From: Bdellovibrionales bacterium
GTDB taxonomy: Bacteria > Bdellovibrionota > Bdellovibrionia > Bdellovibrionales > UBA1609
DNA length: 64,000 bases
Assembly: GCA_965219095.1 (NCBI GenBank)
Contig: CBDCMT010000001.1
Location: 128,001-192,000 of the forward strand
Reading direction: 5' to 3'
Notes under the pieces: generated by a model
What the model saw: the letters and a program-made list of their open reading frames with translations, nothing else
Told to the model about the DNA's origin: nothing
Databases searched by the model: none
Program-made: the position numbers and the translations under genes
Shown: piece by piece, positions 48,869-62,360 of the stretch
Layout: each line of letters opens with the position of its first letter
How positions within the stretch are numbered: the stretch's first letter is position 1

Positions 48869-49280
48869 GTAAGTCGGTTATATGACCGCCCTATCCAAGA
48901 TTAAATTTTTCTTAAGAGGGAGGATTTTATGGAAGAAGGGATTAATTTAAAAAAGAAGATACAGCTTTGTCGAGAGGAGAATTCCAACAAGAAGCTTATC
49001 CGCTACCCAGAAGCTCTTAAGAGAGAGATTCTAGATTTTTTGAAAGAGGAAAAGGTTTCTAAATTTTGTAAAGAAGCAAAAGTCAGCCTCTCTACAATCA
49101 ATAACTGGAAGAAGTCTTATGTTTCAACAGTATCCCCTAAGAAGTCTCTTTTTAAGGCTGTTTCTTTGAAAAAGGAAAAGTCATGTGATGAAAGAGAAGG
49201 TCTTAGTTTTAAAGGGTCTAGATTGGGAAGTTCACTCCTCCCGAAAATCTGTGGAAGAAAAGTAGTAGACATCCTCCAAA
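48869..49280 (+). mobile_element. IS66 left end with tnpA-like ORF (from 48929), truncated near a degenerate ISL3 end (about 49235)
   Basis: GTAAGTCGGTTATATGACCGCCC; RYPEALKRE and STINNWKK HTH. Confidence 0.75.
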
Positions 49281-49701
49281 AGGGTCACATCAGGCAAAGC
49301 AAGGAGTCTGTGAACTAAATTGTGTAACTGAAGATAATACAATAGGAGTACTGCATTAAGCTGTAGTATTCTTAAACTTAAAAAAACATCTGAAACTAAT
49401 GGATTAGTAGTAAACACGGACAATTAGGAAAGGATAAGAATTTTATCTATGCAACGACTCCTCAAGAAATAACCATCCCCTAAGAAAAATTATCTTTATA
49501 AGGTGGTTTTTCTTAGGTAGAACTTTTCTCTTTTTCTTGAAATTTGGATTACAGGCTCTTCTAAAAAGCAGGGGCTTTGATTTTTAAAGAAGTGCTTTAA
49601 GATATGTCCTTTTTTTAAAAGTTAAAAAAATCTTCTTTGATAAAACTTGATCTCCAAGCATTAAAAGTTTTAAAAGATTTTGTAAAAAAGAAATTTTTTA
49701 T

Positions 49702-51084
49702 TTATTTTTTAAGGTATTTTGATTCATAAGAGTGATACTCTTTCATTATAGAACGTGCAGACCAAAGCAGAAATAGCATGTTAGGATAAACCATAAGGCC
49801 TAAGCCGATATCCAGTACGTTAATTACGTCATTGAGAGATAAAAGAGCTCCCATAACTATAGTGAGGCTGTAAAAAATCACAAAAGAATAAAAGCCAAGA
49901 CCTTTTCTTCCTTTGAAAAGAAACTGCCAACATTTTTCACAATAATTGGAATAACCTAAAATGGTTGTAAAAGAAAATAAAAAAACAGCGGTTCCTAATA
50001 AAATTACTCCTATATTAGAAAAAAAGTACTCAAAAGCATCTAAAGTTAGAAGAACTCCCTCTTTAGCATGTGCTAAGTTGTATTCTAAAGAAGAGCTTTC
50101 CATACCTTGTTGTGTGAGATAACAGAGAATGACAAGGGCTGTGCAAGTACAGATTATAAGAGTGTCTAAAAAAGGACCTACCATAGAGACAAGACCCTCT
50201 GCTATAGGTTCACTTGTTTTAGCGTTAGAGTGAGCCATAGGGGCTGTTCCTGCACCTGCTTCGTTTGAAAACAAGGCTCTTTTAACACCTATGAGCATAA
50301 CGCTTATGAATCCTCCATAAGCAGCACTTTCAAACTGAAAAGCTCCTTGAAAAATCAGTTTAAAAAGGTAAGGGATTTTTTCTATGTTCATGATTAAAAC
50401 AATGATACAAAAAGAAAAATAAAGAAGGCACATTAAAGGTGTAATAAGAGATGTTATACGGGAAAGTCGTCTTACTCCTCCTAAAGTAAGGTAAGCCACA
50501 ACACTAGCCACAGCAACACCAAAAAATAAAGGGTTTATAGAAAGGTGTTCTTTAGAAAAACTTGTAAGCTGATTGATCTGAAAAATGGTCATAGTGCCTA
50601 AAAGACCTGAAATGGCAAAAATATAAGCTAAAATGATCCAAAATTTGTTTTTTGTCTGAGACATATAATACATAGGTCCGCCTTGAACTTCATGTTTGTA
50701 GTCTTTTGCTCTGTGTAAAACCGCAAGAGTGCATTCAAAAAACTTTGTGTTCATTCCTAAAAAAGCCACAATCCACATCCAAAAAACAGCTCCCGGTCCT
50801 CCTAATTTAATAGCTATAGCTACACCAGCAATGTTTCCCATGCCAATGGTGGCAGATAGAGCGTTAGAAAGAGCCTTGAAATGGGTGATTTGCCCTTCAG
50901 CTTTTTTTGAGCCTACGTGTTTTTTTCCTAAAGTGATCTGAAAAGCATGAAAAATCTGTAACAAAGGTCGACCCCTAGATACTAGCATAAGATAAAGGCC
51001 TCCTAAAAGAAGTAAACTTACAAGAGGAAGGCCCCATACAAGGTCAACAGTTTGATTTAAAAACTCTGAGATCATTTGTTTCAT
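49702..51084 (-). CDS. Alanine/glycine:cation symporter (AGCS family)
   Basis: ATIGMGNIAGVA, GGPGAVFWMW, GGPMYY, RALFSNEAGAG, DTLIICT. Confidence 0.95.
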   Translation of the reverse strand: MKQMISEFLNQTVDLVWGLPLVSLLLLGGLYLMLVSRGRPLLQIFHAFQITLGKKHVGSKKAEGQITHFKALSNALSATIGMGNIAGVAIAIKLGGPGAVFWMWIVAFLGMNTKFFECTLAVLHRAKDYKHEVQGGPMYYMSQTKNKFWIILAYIFAISGLLGTMTIFQINQLTSFSKEHLSINPLFFGVAVASVVAYLTLGGVRRLSRITSLITPLMCLLYFSFCIIVLIMNIEKIPYLFKLIFQGAFQFESAAYGGFISVMLIGVKRALFSNEAGAGTAPMAHSNAKTSEPIAEGLVSMVGPFLDTLIICTCTALVILCYLTQQGMESSSLEYNLAHAKEGVLLTLDAFEYFFSNIGVILLGTAVFLFSFTTILGYSNYCEKCWQFLFKGRKGLGFYSFVIFYSLTIVMGALLSLNDVINVLDIGLGLMVYPNMLFLLWSARSIMKEYHSYESKYLKK

Positions 51085-51115
51085 GATTTTATTTTCTTTG
51101 GAGGTGTTTTTTTAG

Positions 51116-51430
51116 TCAAGCTCTTAAATCTTTATTTAAAAAATCCACTCTATAGACAGCATCTTTAAAGTCTCTTTTCATCTCTTCGTAGTAGGGAATG
51201 TATTGTTCTACAAGATTCCAAAATTTTTGAGAATGGGACATTTCCTTAATGTGACATAATTCATGGACTATCACGTAATCAATAAATTTTAAATGAAAAG
51301 CAATTAACTTCCAGTTTAAACTGATTTTTTTGTCATCGGAACAGCTTCCCCATAAAGTTTTCTGTCCTCTAAGGGTCACTCTCTTAGGATAAAGTCCTGT
51401 TTTTTTAGACCAATAAATGATTCTTTTTTT
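51116..51430 (-). pseudogene. YgjP/DUF45-like zinc metalloprotease family gene, 3' half
   Basis: WGSCS, LNWKL, DYVIVHELCH, HSQKFW; joins the 5' half at 59303. Confidence 0.88.
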
Positions 51431-51530
51431 GTAACTGCTCACTCTCGTAAGTTTTTATTTAAAGCCATAGAGATCGCTTCTAAAGAAGAATACCCTCTAT
51501 TTCTCATTGTTTTAACGTAAGTCGGTTATA

Positions 51531-54237
51531 TAGTGCTTCCGCTTAGGTTTTCCGTTTTTTTTGAGTTGAGGTCTAGTTTTTATTCTAAGGCTTTGATAAA
51601 AAGTCATTTATTTTTAAAAATAGTTTCATATGTCAGGGTTTCTATCAAAAAAAGAGCGAAAAGATTTACTCTATGAACTATCTCTAGAGAAAAATCTTAG
51701 GTACGGAAAAAGGATTATGACAATTCTCCATTTAGATAAAGGTAAGTTGTGTAAAGATATTTCCTACTTTCTTTTCCTTGATGAGGGCACGATAAGAGCC
51801 TATAGAGAGCGTTATAACAAAGGAGGGATAGAGTATTTAATCAACGACAATTACAATCCTAAAAGGTCCTTTTTAACTAAGAAAGAGGAGAAAATGCTTT
51901 TAAAGGAATTAGAGAAAAGAATTTTTCCATCATCACAGGCCCTTATTCAGTTCATTGAGGAGAATTTTGGTGTTACGTACTTTAACAAGTGGTGTAATTG
52001 ATCTTCTCCATCGCCTTGGTTTTTCTTATAAAAAAGCCACAGCGATACCGGGCAAAGCGAAGAGAGAAGAGCAGAAAAAGTTTGTGCGTAAATACAAGAG
52101 AATTAAGAAGAAGGGTGGTCTTGTTTACTTTGCTGATTCCACACATCCTGAGTGGGGCCCTACGATTTCATATGGTTGGATAAGAGAGGGTAAGAAGTTT
52201 GAAGTGAAGACCAATTCAGGCTGGAGAAAAAGAGTGAATGTTTGTGGAGCTATTGAGATCAATAGCTTGAAGACAGTAGTCAGGAGTTATAAGACAGTTA
52301 ACGAAGTTTTTCTATGTGATATGCTCTATCATATTCATTAAGAAGCATCCCGATGAAAAAGAGATTCATCTTATCTTAGTCGAACGTGAAAAATTGACAA
52401 AAGCCTAGGATTTTTATGCTGTATGATCTTTATTCCTGTTACTTTCTACTATAGAGGGTTAAATATTTTTTCATAACTTAAACAAAACAGTAGTTTTCAA
52501 GAAGGCGTACAGGCCTTTTAAGCCATTTCAGTGAAAAAAACGAAAAAAGACGCACCTCTAGCATTAACTTTCTAAAATTTTGAGAAACTCCTGATAAAAG
52601 ACTATTAATAGCATCCCCTTGTGATCCTAATAAAAAGTTCCTTCCCATACGAGAATCTATTTTCATATGACCAATGATTGCCTCAACTGAACTTCTTCTT
52701 CTGTGAAGTTTTCTTTTGTAGGGACTTAATGTTTTACTCATTCCCCCAATATGAACATTAACTCCCGAAGGATGATGCTCTTTGCCACGATAACCTTTAT
52801 CTACATACAAATTTTTTGCCTTAACCTTTGTTAAGGATTCAACTTGAGATAAGGCTGGCTTTAAACTGTGAACATCTGATACATTTTTTTCAAATGACTT
52901 TACCCCTAAAACCCAGCAATTTTTTGATGAAGTTGCCACACTCACCTTATTGCCAAATTCATATTTTTTATGGGCTTTGCCCTTCCCTATGCAATAAACC
53001 TCAGGAGCATGAACACTATACACCTTGTTCTTATCCCCTCTTTTTTGGTTATAAATTCTTACACATAAAGATAAACATCTTTTTAAAGATGTATTCTCTT
53101 CCAAGAACTTAGGACCTCCTTTTCTTGTAACATCTCTTATCACACGACCTAGATAAGTATGAAGCTTTCTTTGCTGTTTTCTTGCTAAACGTATTTTTCT
53201 TGTATGAGCATAACGAGCATTCTTAAACAAACACTCCTTGGCCTTTCTTTTATAGCTTTGACGTAAAACTAAACCCTCTTTTTTAGCCCTGTGAACTAAA
53301 GTCTTTAAAGCTTTGTAATAAAGACGGCTGTCTGTAGGAAAAGCTATTGCTTTCTCTTGAACAGTTGTATCAACAACTACATTCTCAAACTCTTTTTTTT
53401 TTACAAAATCCTCTCTCAAAGCTAAATCAATGGTTTCCTCTAAGAGAACTTCTATCTTCTCAGCCCCCATCCTCTTTCTCCAGTTAGTCAATGAACTTCT
53501 ATCACAGGGATCTTCATAAGAATAAAAAGGCTGACCACAAAAATACTGCCATTGAGGACTCTCTTTGAACATTTCTATTGTCTTCTCGTCACTTAAATTA
53601 TAAATGTATTTCAAGCACTGAAGTCCCACCATTAAACGAGTTGAAAGACCTGGACGACCTTTTTTTTCATCATACTTCGAACCAAAATCTTTATCAAAAC
53701 GATCCCAGTCTATTTTATTAGCTAAAATGACAAGCGGATGCTTCTTATGAACAATGTCGTTTACTCTAAAATTAAGAGGGCTTCTCTTTTGTGTGCTGAA
53801 CATGTCTTTTGGCCTCATCTTTTTTCCTTTCTGTTTTGCAAGGTTTTTTATCTGTTTTTCCACTTCCTTGCAATTATTTTTATGCAAAAATTACAAAAAA
53901 ACAAGTGTTTTTAGCTGTTTGTGCATTTTTCACGTTCGACTATCTTAGATGGGGCCGGATACAATAGATCGAAGTCTGTCAAGAAGTTAGCGAAAGAGTT
54001 GAATATAAAACTTGTTTATCTTCCTCCGTACTCACCGAATTTAAATCCTATAGAAAGACTTTGGAAGTTTATGAAAAAAGAGGTCACGGCGAATCGATAT
54101 TATGAAAACTATGACGATTTCAAGGGAAGTTTAAGTCAATTTTTTAGAGGAATACGAAAACACAGGCCTAAATTAGAAACTTTGATAACTGATAACTTCT
54201 CCATCTTAGGAACCTGAAAACCTAAACGGAAGCACTA
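51531..54237 (+). mobile_element. IS630 type-A element inserted at TA inside an IS66 end (51517-54388), itself interrupted by IS5
   Basis: TIRs as at 14174; GTAAGTCGGTTATA|...|TATGACCGCCC flanks; ORF pieces at 51630, 51955 and 53941-54217. Confidence 0.92.
52379..53940 (-). mobile_element. IS5-family element with intact 469-aa transposase ORF (52478-53887)
   Basis: TIR GTCGAACGTGAAAAA; 7-bp TSD TATCTTA; VDTTVQEK, KGKAHKKYEFG, VDKGYRG, RRSSVEAIIGHMK. Confidence 0.95.
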
Positions 54238-54388
54238 TATGACCGCCCTTGACTTCTACTGAGGAGGATATTTCTTAGATTTTAAAGGAGAAGTTTTTAT
54301 TGATCTTGTTGTAAAACGGTGTTGTAAGACGTTTTCCTAAGGCCTTCCCCGTTACAAAAGTATTAGAGAAGTTCTTAAAAGAATAATT

Positions 54389-54831
54389 TGTAATAGACGT
54401 TATATGATCTGACAGTTACCCTTTCTGGGTTGATAAATGTAATAGACGTTATATGATCTGACAGTTACCCTTTCTGGGTTGATAAAAAACTGTCTGTCAG
54501 TTTTCGTTCTGTTCAATCATCTTTTGCCTTACTTTTTGTTTTCCGTCAAGGAAAGTTTCCATAGGTGTTCGACCACAACACATTTTTCCCTGATGAGTCC
54601 TCCTTTCATTATATTTCACAAGCCACAAGTCAAGGTCAGACTGCAACTCTTCTATGCTTTTGTACACTTTTTTTCTAAACTCCACTTGATAAAACTCCTC
54701 TAAAATTGTTCTATGAAATCTTTCACAGATGCCATTGGTTTGAGGATGTCTTGCCTTTGTTTTTGTGTGCTCTATATCATTGATAGCCAAATAAAGCTCA
54801 TAATCGTGACAATCTTGAACTCCACAGAACT
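54389..54831 (-). mobile_element. IS481-family 3' remnant with its terminal 49 bp tandemly duplicated
   Basis: TGTAATAG end at 54389 and 54438; PQTNGICERFHRT, YNERRTHQG. Confidence 0.88.
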
Positions 54832-55354
54832 TGAACTTCCCCTGTTTCTGCGGACAGTCAATTTTCTCTTAAAGTCTCCATAAAATGGAGGTAAAAGAAA
54901 GAATGGAAAAAGTAAAACAGTACTCGGAAGAGTTTAAAAAGCAAGCCATTGAATTGGCAGAGGAAATAGGTGCAAAGGAAGCCTCAGAGAAGCTAGGACT
55001 GAGAAATTTCCAAGTGATAAGCTCTTGGAAGCGTTTTCTAAAGCCTGAAGTAGAAAGACAAGCTTCCCATGACTTGGCTTCGGCATTGGAGGAAATAAAG
55101 AGGTTAAAAAAGGAGCTGGTCTATGAGAGGCGGAGTGTAGGTATATTGAAAGAGGCAGCGGCTTTTTTTTCAAAGGAAATCCTGAAATGAGATTTAAGGC
55201 TATGTTTTATGTAAAAGAGAAAGGGCATCCAGTGCTTCGCATTTGCGAATTATTAAGAGGATCTCGTTCTGGTTTTTATAGTTTTTTAAAAACCAGGGGA
55301 AAGCTTGAAAAGGATAAAAATCTGGAGAAAAACATAGAATCTATTTTTAAAAAA

Positions 55355-58289
55355 GCCTCCTCAAAAGAATCTGTGGGTTTCCGGAGGTTCTGGCAGTTTT
55401 CCAAGGTTATGATATAAGGCGATTTTTATAGCTTTAGAGGTTCTAAAGCCGTAAGATTTTCTCATAGTGAGTTTTACTTTGTTGTTTAAACCCTCTACAA
55501 TCCCTGAGGAGAAGGCTTTTTTAGCCTTGAAGTAATTAAGAATAAGTAGCTTATACCATTTCCAAAAATTAATTCGACATTCTTTTAACGCATAGCGTCC
55601 TGGCTTTTTGATCAAACTCTGCTACATTTTTAGAGTCATGTCGAAAAAAGATTTAGTTACACAGATTCAAGGGTATGATTTTCTAGCTACTTACAAAGTG
55701 GAAAGAAGTGCCAACATCAAGATAAAACTTCAAGCTTTGCACCATATGCAAAAAGGAAAATCGATTCAAGAAACAGCAGGTATGGTTTTGTATCACCGTC
55801 ACAGTATCAAATCCTGGTTACAGTCTTTTGTAGACTTTGATTACGAGGGATTGATAGATCGAAAAGGCAGAGGACGTAAACCCCGTTTGCCAGTGACAGA
55901 AGAAGAGAACTTCAAAATCAAGTTAGATGAAATTCAAGACAAAAGAGAGGGAGGAAGCATAGGAGCAAAGGAAATACAGAAACTTTTAGCAGATGAATTT
56001 GACTGTTGCTATTCTCTTTCTGGGGTTTATGTTTCTTTAGACCGCCTTAATATTGTATGGATCAGTGGTCGTTCTCTTCATCCTAAAAGTTCATTAAGAA
56101 GCTATGGAACAGTTTAAGGAACATTTTCCAGAAGAGGTGGAGAAAATAAAAGAAAAGATTCAGACTCATAAAATAGAGATTTGGTGGCAGGATGAATGCA
56201 GAATAAGCTCAGCAAGGTTCTTTGAGCAGGATTTGGGCAAGAAAAGGCACACGACCTAGAGTTGTGAGACAAAGACAATTTTTATCCACTTATATTTTTG
56301 GAGCAGTTTGTCCGGATAAAGATAAAGGCTGTGCTTGGGTTTTACCGGAATGTAATTCAGGGATGATGCAAATTCACTTAGATGAGATATCTAAAAATAT
56401 TCAAGAAAACTATCATGGAATTGTTTTAATGGACAGAGCCAGTTGGCATACCACAGAGACTTTGATAGTTCCTAAGAATTTATCCCTGATGCCTTTACCT
56501 CCTTATAGTCCAGAATTAAATCCCATGGAACAAGTCTGGCAACAATTACGAAGGATCAAATTATCGAATGCATGTTTTAAAAACTATGACCATATAGTGA
56601 ATACTTGTTGTGAGGCCTGGAATACTTTTTGCGATCAGGAGGGCAGGATTAAAAAATTATGCACTCGATCTTGGGCAAAACAACAAGATGAATCAAGCTT
56701 GTAAATTAATTTGAACCTATAAATTAAATTGCGTAACTGATTTTTTTCATTTTACATCTTAACCTCACTTTTTTACACTTATTTTAACCCATCAATCGAT
56801 TCACACAACAATAGATATACATAAAATAAACATATCTTATGAAAACTCAACCTCCCTTCAAAAAAAACTTTTTTAAAGCCTCCTAATTGAAACTTTTCCT
56901 TAAGTCAATTTTAAAATTTTAAATTTGAACATAAAAATGTCGAATTAATTTCTGTAATTGGTATTATGTCTTCGTATGGTTTTTGCTTCTCTTTTCATAG
57001 GTTCAATTTTTGAAAGCATGACTCGTCTCGTCCAACTGTCTATAAATTTACCAGCCCAAGTTGGTGAAACATAGGTCCATAACTGTCGGAAGTCTTCTTT
57101 TAAAAAATAACAGCGGATACTTTTTAAATTGTACTGTATTAAATGCCTTAATTTTACTTTCTCATAAGATTTTAAATTTTCTGCATTTTTTAACAAGGGC
57201 CATCTAGCTTTTGTTAAAAGGGGTTCATACCCGTCTTCTTTCATTTTTTTGTGTTCTGAAGCTCTCACTTCGTCTAAAGCCTTATTGAGTCTTGCTACGA
57301 TATGAAACCGATCTAATATGTGTAAAGCTCCACTTGCCCTCTCCTTTATGACTTTTAAATAAGGCTTCCACATATCAGAGCACACAAACCATATCTCTTT
57401 TGACTTCTCTCCTAGTAAATCAAAAAACTTGTTGAAACTCTTTTCTGTTCTTTTTTCTCCTATCCATAGCAAACGAACACTTTCTTTGCTTATTTCATAG
57501 ATTAAGGTGAGATACTAATGGTTCTTTTTCCATTGTATCTCGTCGACTCCTATAGCTTGTATTCCCTTTAAAACCCTTTGTTTTAAACCATATTCTACGA
57601 CCCATTCTACCGAAGCATAGACCTGATTCCAACTGACATGAAACTTACAAGAAACCTCTTTCCAAGACAGGTGACGACACCAGTCTGCTAAATACTTCAT
57701 GTAAAAGATCGTTAAACTCTTCTTACCATCGGCCCAAGGTAAATACTCAACTTTTACCCCACAGCAAGGACAATTAACTCTTCTTACAAAATAAACAAAA
57801 AACACCCTGTAACTTAAAATAGGAAGGGATTCAAAGTCCCGTGATGATTTACTGCTGTCATACACTGAACAGGGCTTCTTACAAACACTACAAAAAGCTT
57901 GGCCATTTTTACGAGCCTTAATAGGAACATTAATTGACTTTCTATCTTTTGAAAAATAAATGTCTCCGTATACAAAAGACTTCCATCTTAAACAATCATT
58001 TAGTATAGTCTTCAAAAGCATCTCTTCCCTCCTTTTTTTTTTTTTTTGAATAACATTTTAAGGCATCTGGGAAGTAGTTGCTTCTTTTTTAAAATTTTAA
58101 TGTAACACAGCAAATAAAAGCAAATAAAATGAATGTTTTTGAGTTCAATCACCGGAGGTGATAGAGGCCAGTAAGGGCCTCAAAGAACTCAAAAATACAA
58201 GATAGGATGTCTTACTCTTGCTTTGATTAATATGAGCCTTTTTGGGGGATTTCTAGCTACTTTTCACCCACAGATTCCCGGGAGGAGCC
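55355..58289 (-). mobile_element. ISL3-family element; transposase has an in-frame TAG at 57515 and an IS630 insertion
   Basis: 8-bp TSD TTAAAAAA; GVDE, CSDMWKPY, DRFHIV, SGIVEGLNNKVK, YGFRT. Confidence 0.93.
55554..56963 (+). mobile_element. IS630 type-B element, copy 2
   Basis: TACCATTTCC...AATTGGTA, TTA on both flanks; near-identical to 43585-44998. Confidence 0.93.
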
Positions 58290-59302
58290 TTAAAAAAAAT
58301 AAAGGCTGTTATGGTTCCCCCAGGGTGTATAGGGAATTAAAGCGTTGCGGAGTGAGTGCTGGAGAAAACAAAGTAGCTCGAATTATGAAACTAAAGAATC
58401 TCAGTGCCCGTCAGAAAAAATCCTATGTTCCTAGAACAACAAAGAATAACCCTCTCATGATTAAGTCTCCTCGGTTGTTTAAGACAGGACAGAGCCAAGC
58501 AGGAAAAGAAAACCAGGTATGGTGTTCGGATTTAACCTATATTCCTTTTAGAGATAAATTTCTGTATTTGGTTGTATTTTTAGATGTCTATAATCGAGAG
58601 ATTAAGTCTTGGAAGCTCTGTGAGAGCTTGGACGGGGTTCATTCAAAACAGGCTCTGAGAGCCGCAGTCCAATCTGTTTCTGGGAACTTAGAGGGCTTGA
58701 TAATCCACTCGGATCAAGGGGTTCAATATTGTTGTGAAGGGTTTAGAAAAGAATTGAAATTCTTTGGCCTCAAGCAATCTATGTCTAGGAAAGGAAATTG
58801 TTATGATAATGCGTTTGTGGAGAGCTTTTTCCATACGTTGAAGGATGAACTGGAATACAAAGACTGTACAACGAAAGAAGAGTTGGAGAAAAAAATTGCA
58901 ATTTACATGGATTGGTATTACCTCCATTTTATGGAGACTTTAAGAGAAAATTGACTGTCCGTAGAAACAGGGGAAGTTCATCCCTTGACGACTAAAATCT
59001 TGCGAAGGAGGAAGCCCGCTGTTGCTGGAATTTTTTCGAACCTGTTTTTCTAAAAGCACAACAATCAGAATGTTCACAACCTTAAAGAGAGATTCAACAA
59101 TCACAGAAATCTCAGTAGGCACAGAACCTTTCTTTGCAAGCTTATCAAAGTCACTTCTTATATTTTCAATCTCATTTCTGATGGAGGTCTTATTTATTGT
59201 CATTTGAAAAGAGTATTTAAAAGAAAATCTGTAAGAGCAAGACTTTTATCTTAAAACAGGTCTAAAGTTAGGGATAACTGAACAATGTAGGTGAGCAGTT
59301 AC

Positions 59303-59718
59303 TTTTTTTTAAGAAACTCAAAACCTTGCTTTTTGTAAAATAAGATGATGTGCTTTTGAACCTCTTCTTTTTGAGGATAGGACAATTCGTCGATCATCCA
59401 GGATGAAGGTGTTTTTACATTTAAAAAACGTTCATCGTAATTGACATAGATTCTTTTTTGGGAGGATTTTTCATAAGTTAAAACCAACTCTTTTCCTTTT
59501 AGCAAAAACTTCTCTCCCTCTATAAATTGATGAGGAGGATAGAGTTTTTTGATTTTTTCAAGGTTTTTAATGGTTTTTTCAATCCATGGTCTCATTTTCT
59601 CAAGAAATAAGGAGATGGCATGGGAGGATGTGGTTTTTTCCACTTGGACAATAATGTCTTGTTCAGGTGAGATAGAAACGGATACAAAAAGAGGACTGAT
59701 GCAATAACGCTGAGCTAT
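59303..59718 (-). pseudogene. YgjP/DUF45-like gene, 5' half (start uncertain)
   Basis: FLEKMRPWIEK, GEKFLLKG; rejoining gives EFLKKRIIYW in frame. Confidence 0.8.
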
Positions 59719-59728
59719 GTTGTTTAAT

Positions 59729-59805
59729 TGGAGCGGATGATGGGATTTGAACCCACGGCCTCAACCTTGGCAAGGTTGCACTCTAGCCAACTGAGCTACA
59801 CCCGC
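59729..59805 (-). tRNA. tRNA-Gly (GCC)
   Basis: GCGGGTG...CATCCGC-T-CCA, anticodon loop TTGCCAA. Confidence 0.96.
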
Positions 59806-60061
59806 AAACTATTTAAAGCTGTTGTTTTAAGATAAAAAAACAAACAGCTTTAAGTCAATGAAAAACTTAAGAAAGAAAGCTTTTGAGATTTCCTACTATT
59901 TTTCTTAAACTTTTTCTTTTTCTTATGAAATTTTGTCCTTTTTGGTTAGCTCTAAAATTAGGCAATAGTGTTTTTTGAGGTGGAGAAAAGACTTTAATGC
60001 TATGCACAATCTTTCTTTATGAGGTTTTTATTGTTAAATGCAAAGTTATTGAAAAAATGAT

Positions 60062-60141
60062 TTGCTTTTTTTTTCTTTTTGTTTTAAATTATTTTTACTG
60101 TATGGGCTTTTGCCCTTTGTTCTTTGAAAACTAAATAGCTT
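60062..60141 (+). promoter_or_regulatory. rrn promoter and leader with boxA-like element and 16S processing stem
   Basis: TTGCTT-N17-TAAATT; TGTTCTTTGAAAACTAAATAGCTT (60118-60141) pairs with AAGCTATTTAGTTTTGAAAGAGCA (61817-61840). Confidence 0.65.
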
Positions 60142-60226
60142 TACTTTGTGCTTTTTTAGAATAAAAATCCTACATTTTTCAATTGAAAAATGTAGGAGAA
60201 ATATGAGAATTTAAATCTTTTAAGAT

Positions 60227-61743
<1,517 letters not shown>

Positions 61744-61848
61744 AAGGAATATAAAAAAGTTAAGTGATTTTTTTAAAACACTTACATTTTATGGTCAAAC
61801 TAAAGGAGTACTTATGAAGCTATTTAGTTTTGAAAGAGCAAGCTAACG

Positions 61849-61903
<55 letters not shown>

Positions 61904-61925
<22 letters not shown>

Positions 61926-62360
61926 ATACGAACATTATACGAACCTATGACCATGTCATTATGAGCTTGGTGTTCGTTATTACTTAATGGAAGATCGGTA
62001 TATCCAAAGTACTGAACAGCTATTTTATCTTTATAGACTGTGACTTTTTTTATAATGTTTGAGAGGAGTTCTTTTCTTTGGCACTGCGTTATTTTAGATA
62101 ATTTTTTATTGACTATTTGTAAGGCTGAAAAAATATTTTCAGCTGAGATAACGGTTTCTTTAAAGGAAGTTCTTTCGTTTTTAAGTCTTTCTACTTCTTG
62201 TTTAATTTCACTAGATTTGTCATTTAAAGAGTTAATTTGTTCGAGCAAAAAATCTCTTGCCTTATTGCTGGTAGCTCTTGCTAAGGCCTGTGTAAGCCCC
62301 TGTGTGTCGTTATTGACTTTCTTTAGGCTTTCTCTATGGGAGTTCATTAAACTTTGATTA
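61904..62360 (-). pseudogene. C-terminal remnant of a large serine recombinase ending inside tRNA-Ile
   Basis: Coiled coil followed by RKELLSNIIKKVTVYKDKIAVQY; 5' end cut by an IS630 end at 62361. Confidence 0.7.

Larger units (their letters stand above)
54832..58980 (+). mobile_element. IS3-family element (orfA 54885-55190; orfB 55187-55354 plus 58290-58954) interrupted by ISL3
   Basis: TG...CA ends; YSEEFK; YGSPRV, WCSDLTY, HSDQGVQY, GNCYDNAFVESFF. Confidence 0.93.
51431..59302 (-). mobile_element. ISBst12-like IS66 shell containing a nested IS stack
   Basis: GTAACTGCTCAC at 51431 and GTGAGCAGTTAC at 59302; T-tract duplication on the flanks. Confidence 0.88.

Noticed and set aside
49232..49700. 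Short ORF and AT-rich stretch as a gene
   Set aside because: No RBS or motif support; overlaps IS debris
55608..56704. IS630-B as a simple two-ORF element with one -1 frameshift
   Set aside because: A TAA closes the second frame right before AQQG and the QDE motif lies in the third frame, so one shift cannot restore it
57515..57517. In-frame TAG in the ISL3 transposase as stop-codon reassignment
   Set aside because: Single decayed element; TAG terminates normal genes here (for example sucA and mscS)
17018..58289. Recurrent GCCTCCTCAAAAGAATCTGTGGG and GTAAGTCGG motifs as CRISPR or REP repeats
   Set aside because: Dispersed, without regular spacers or cas genes; they match the ISL3 and IS66 termini
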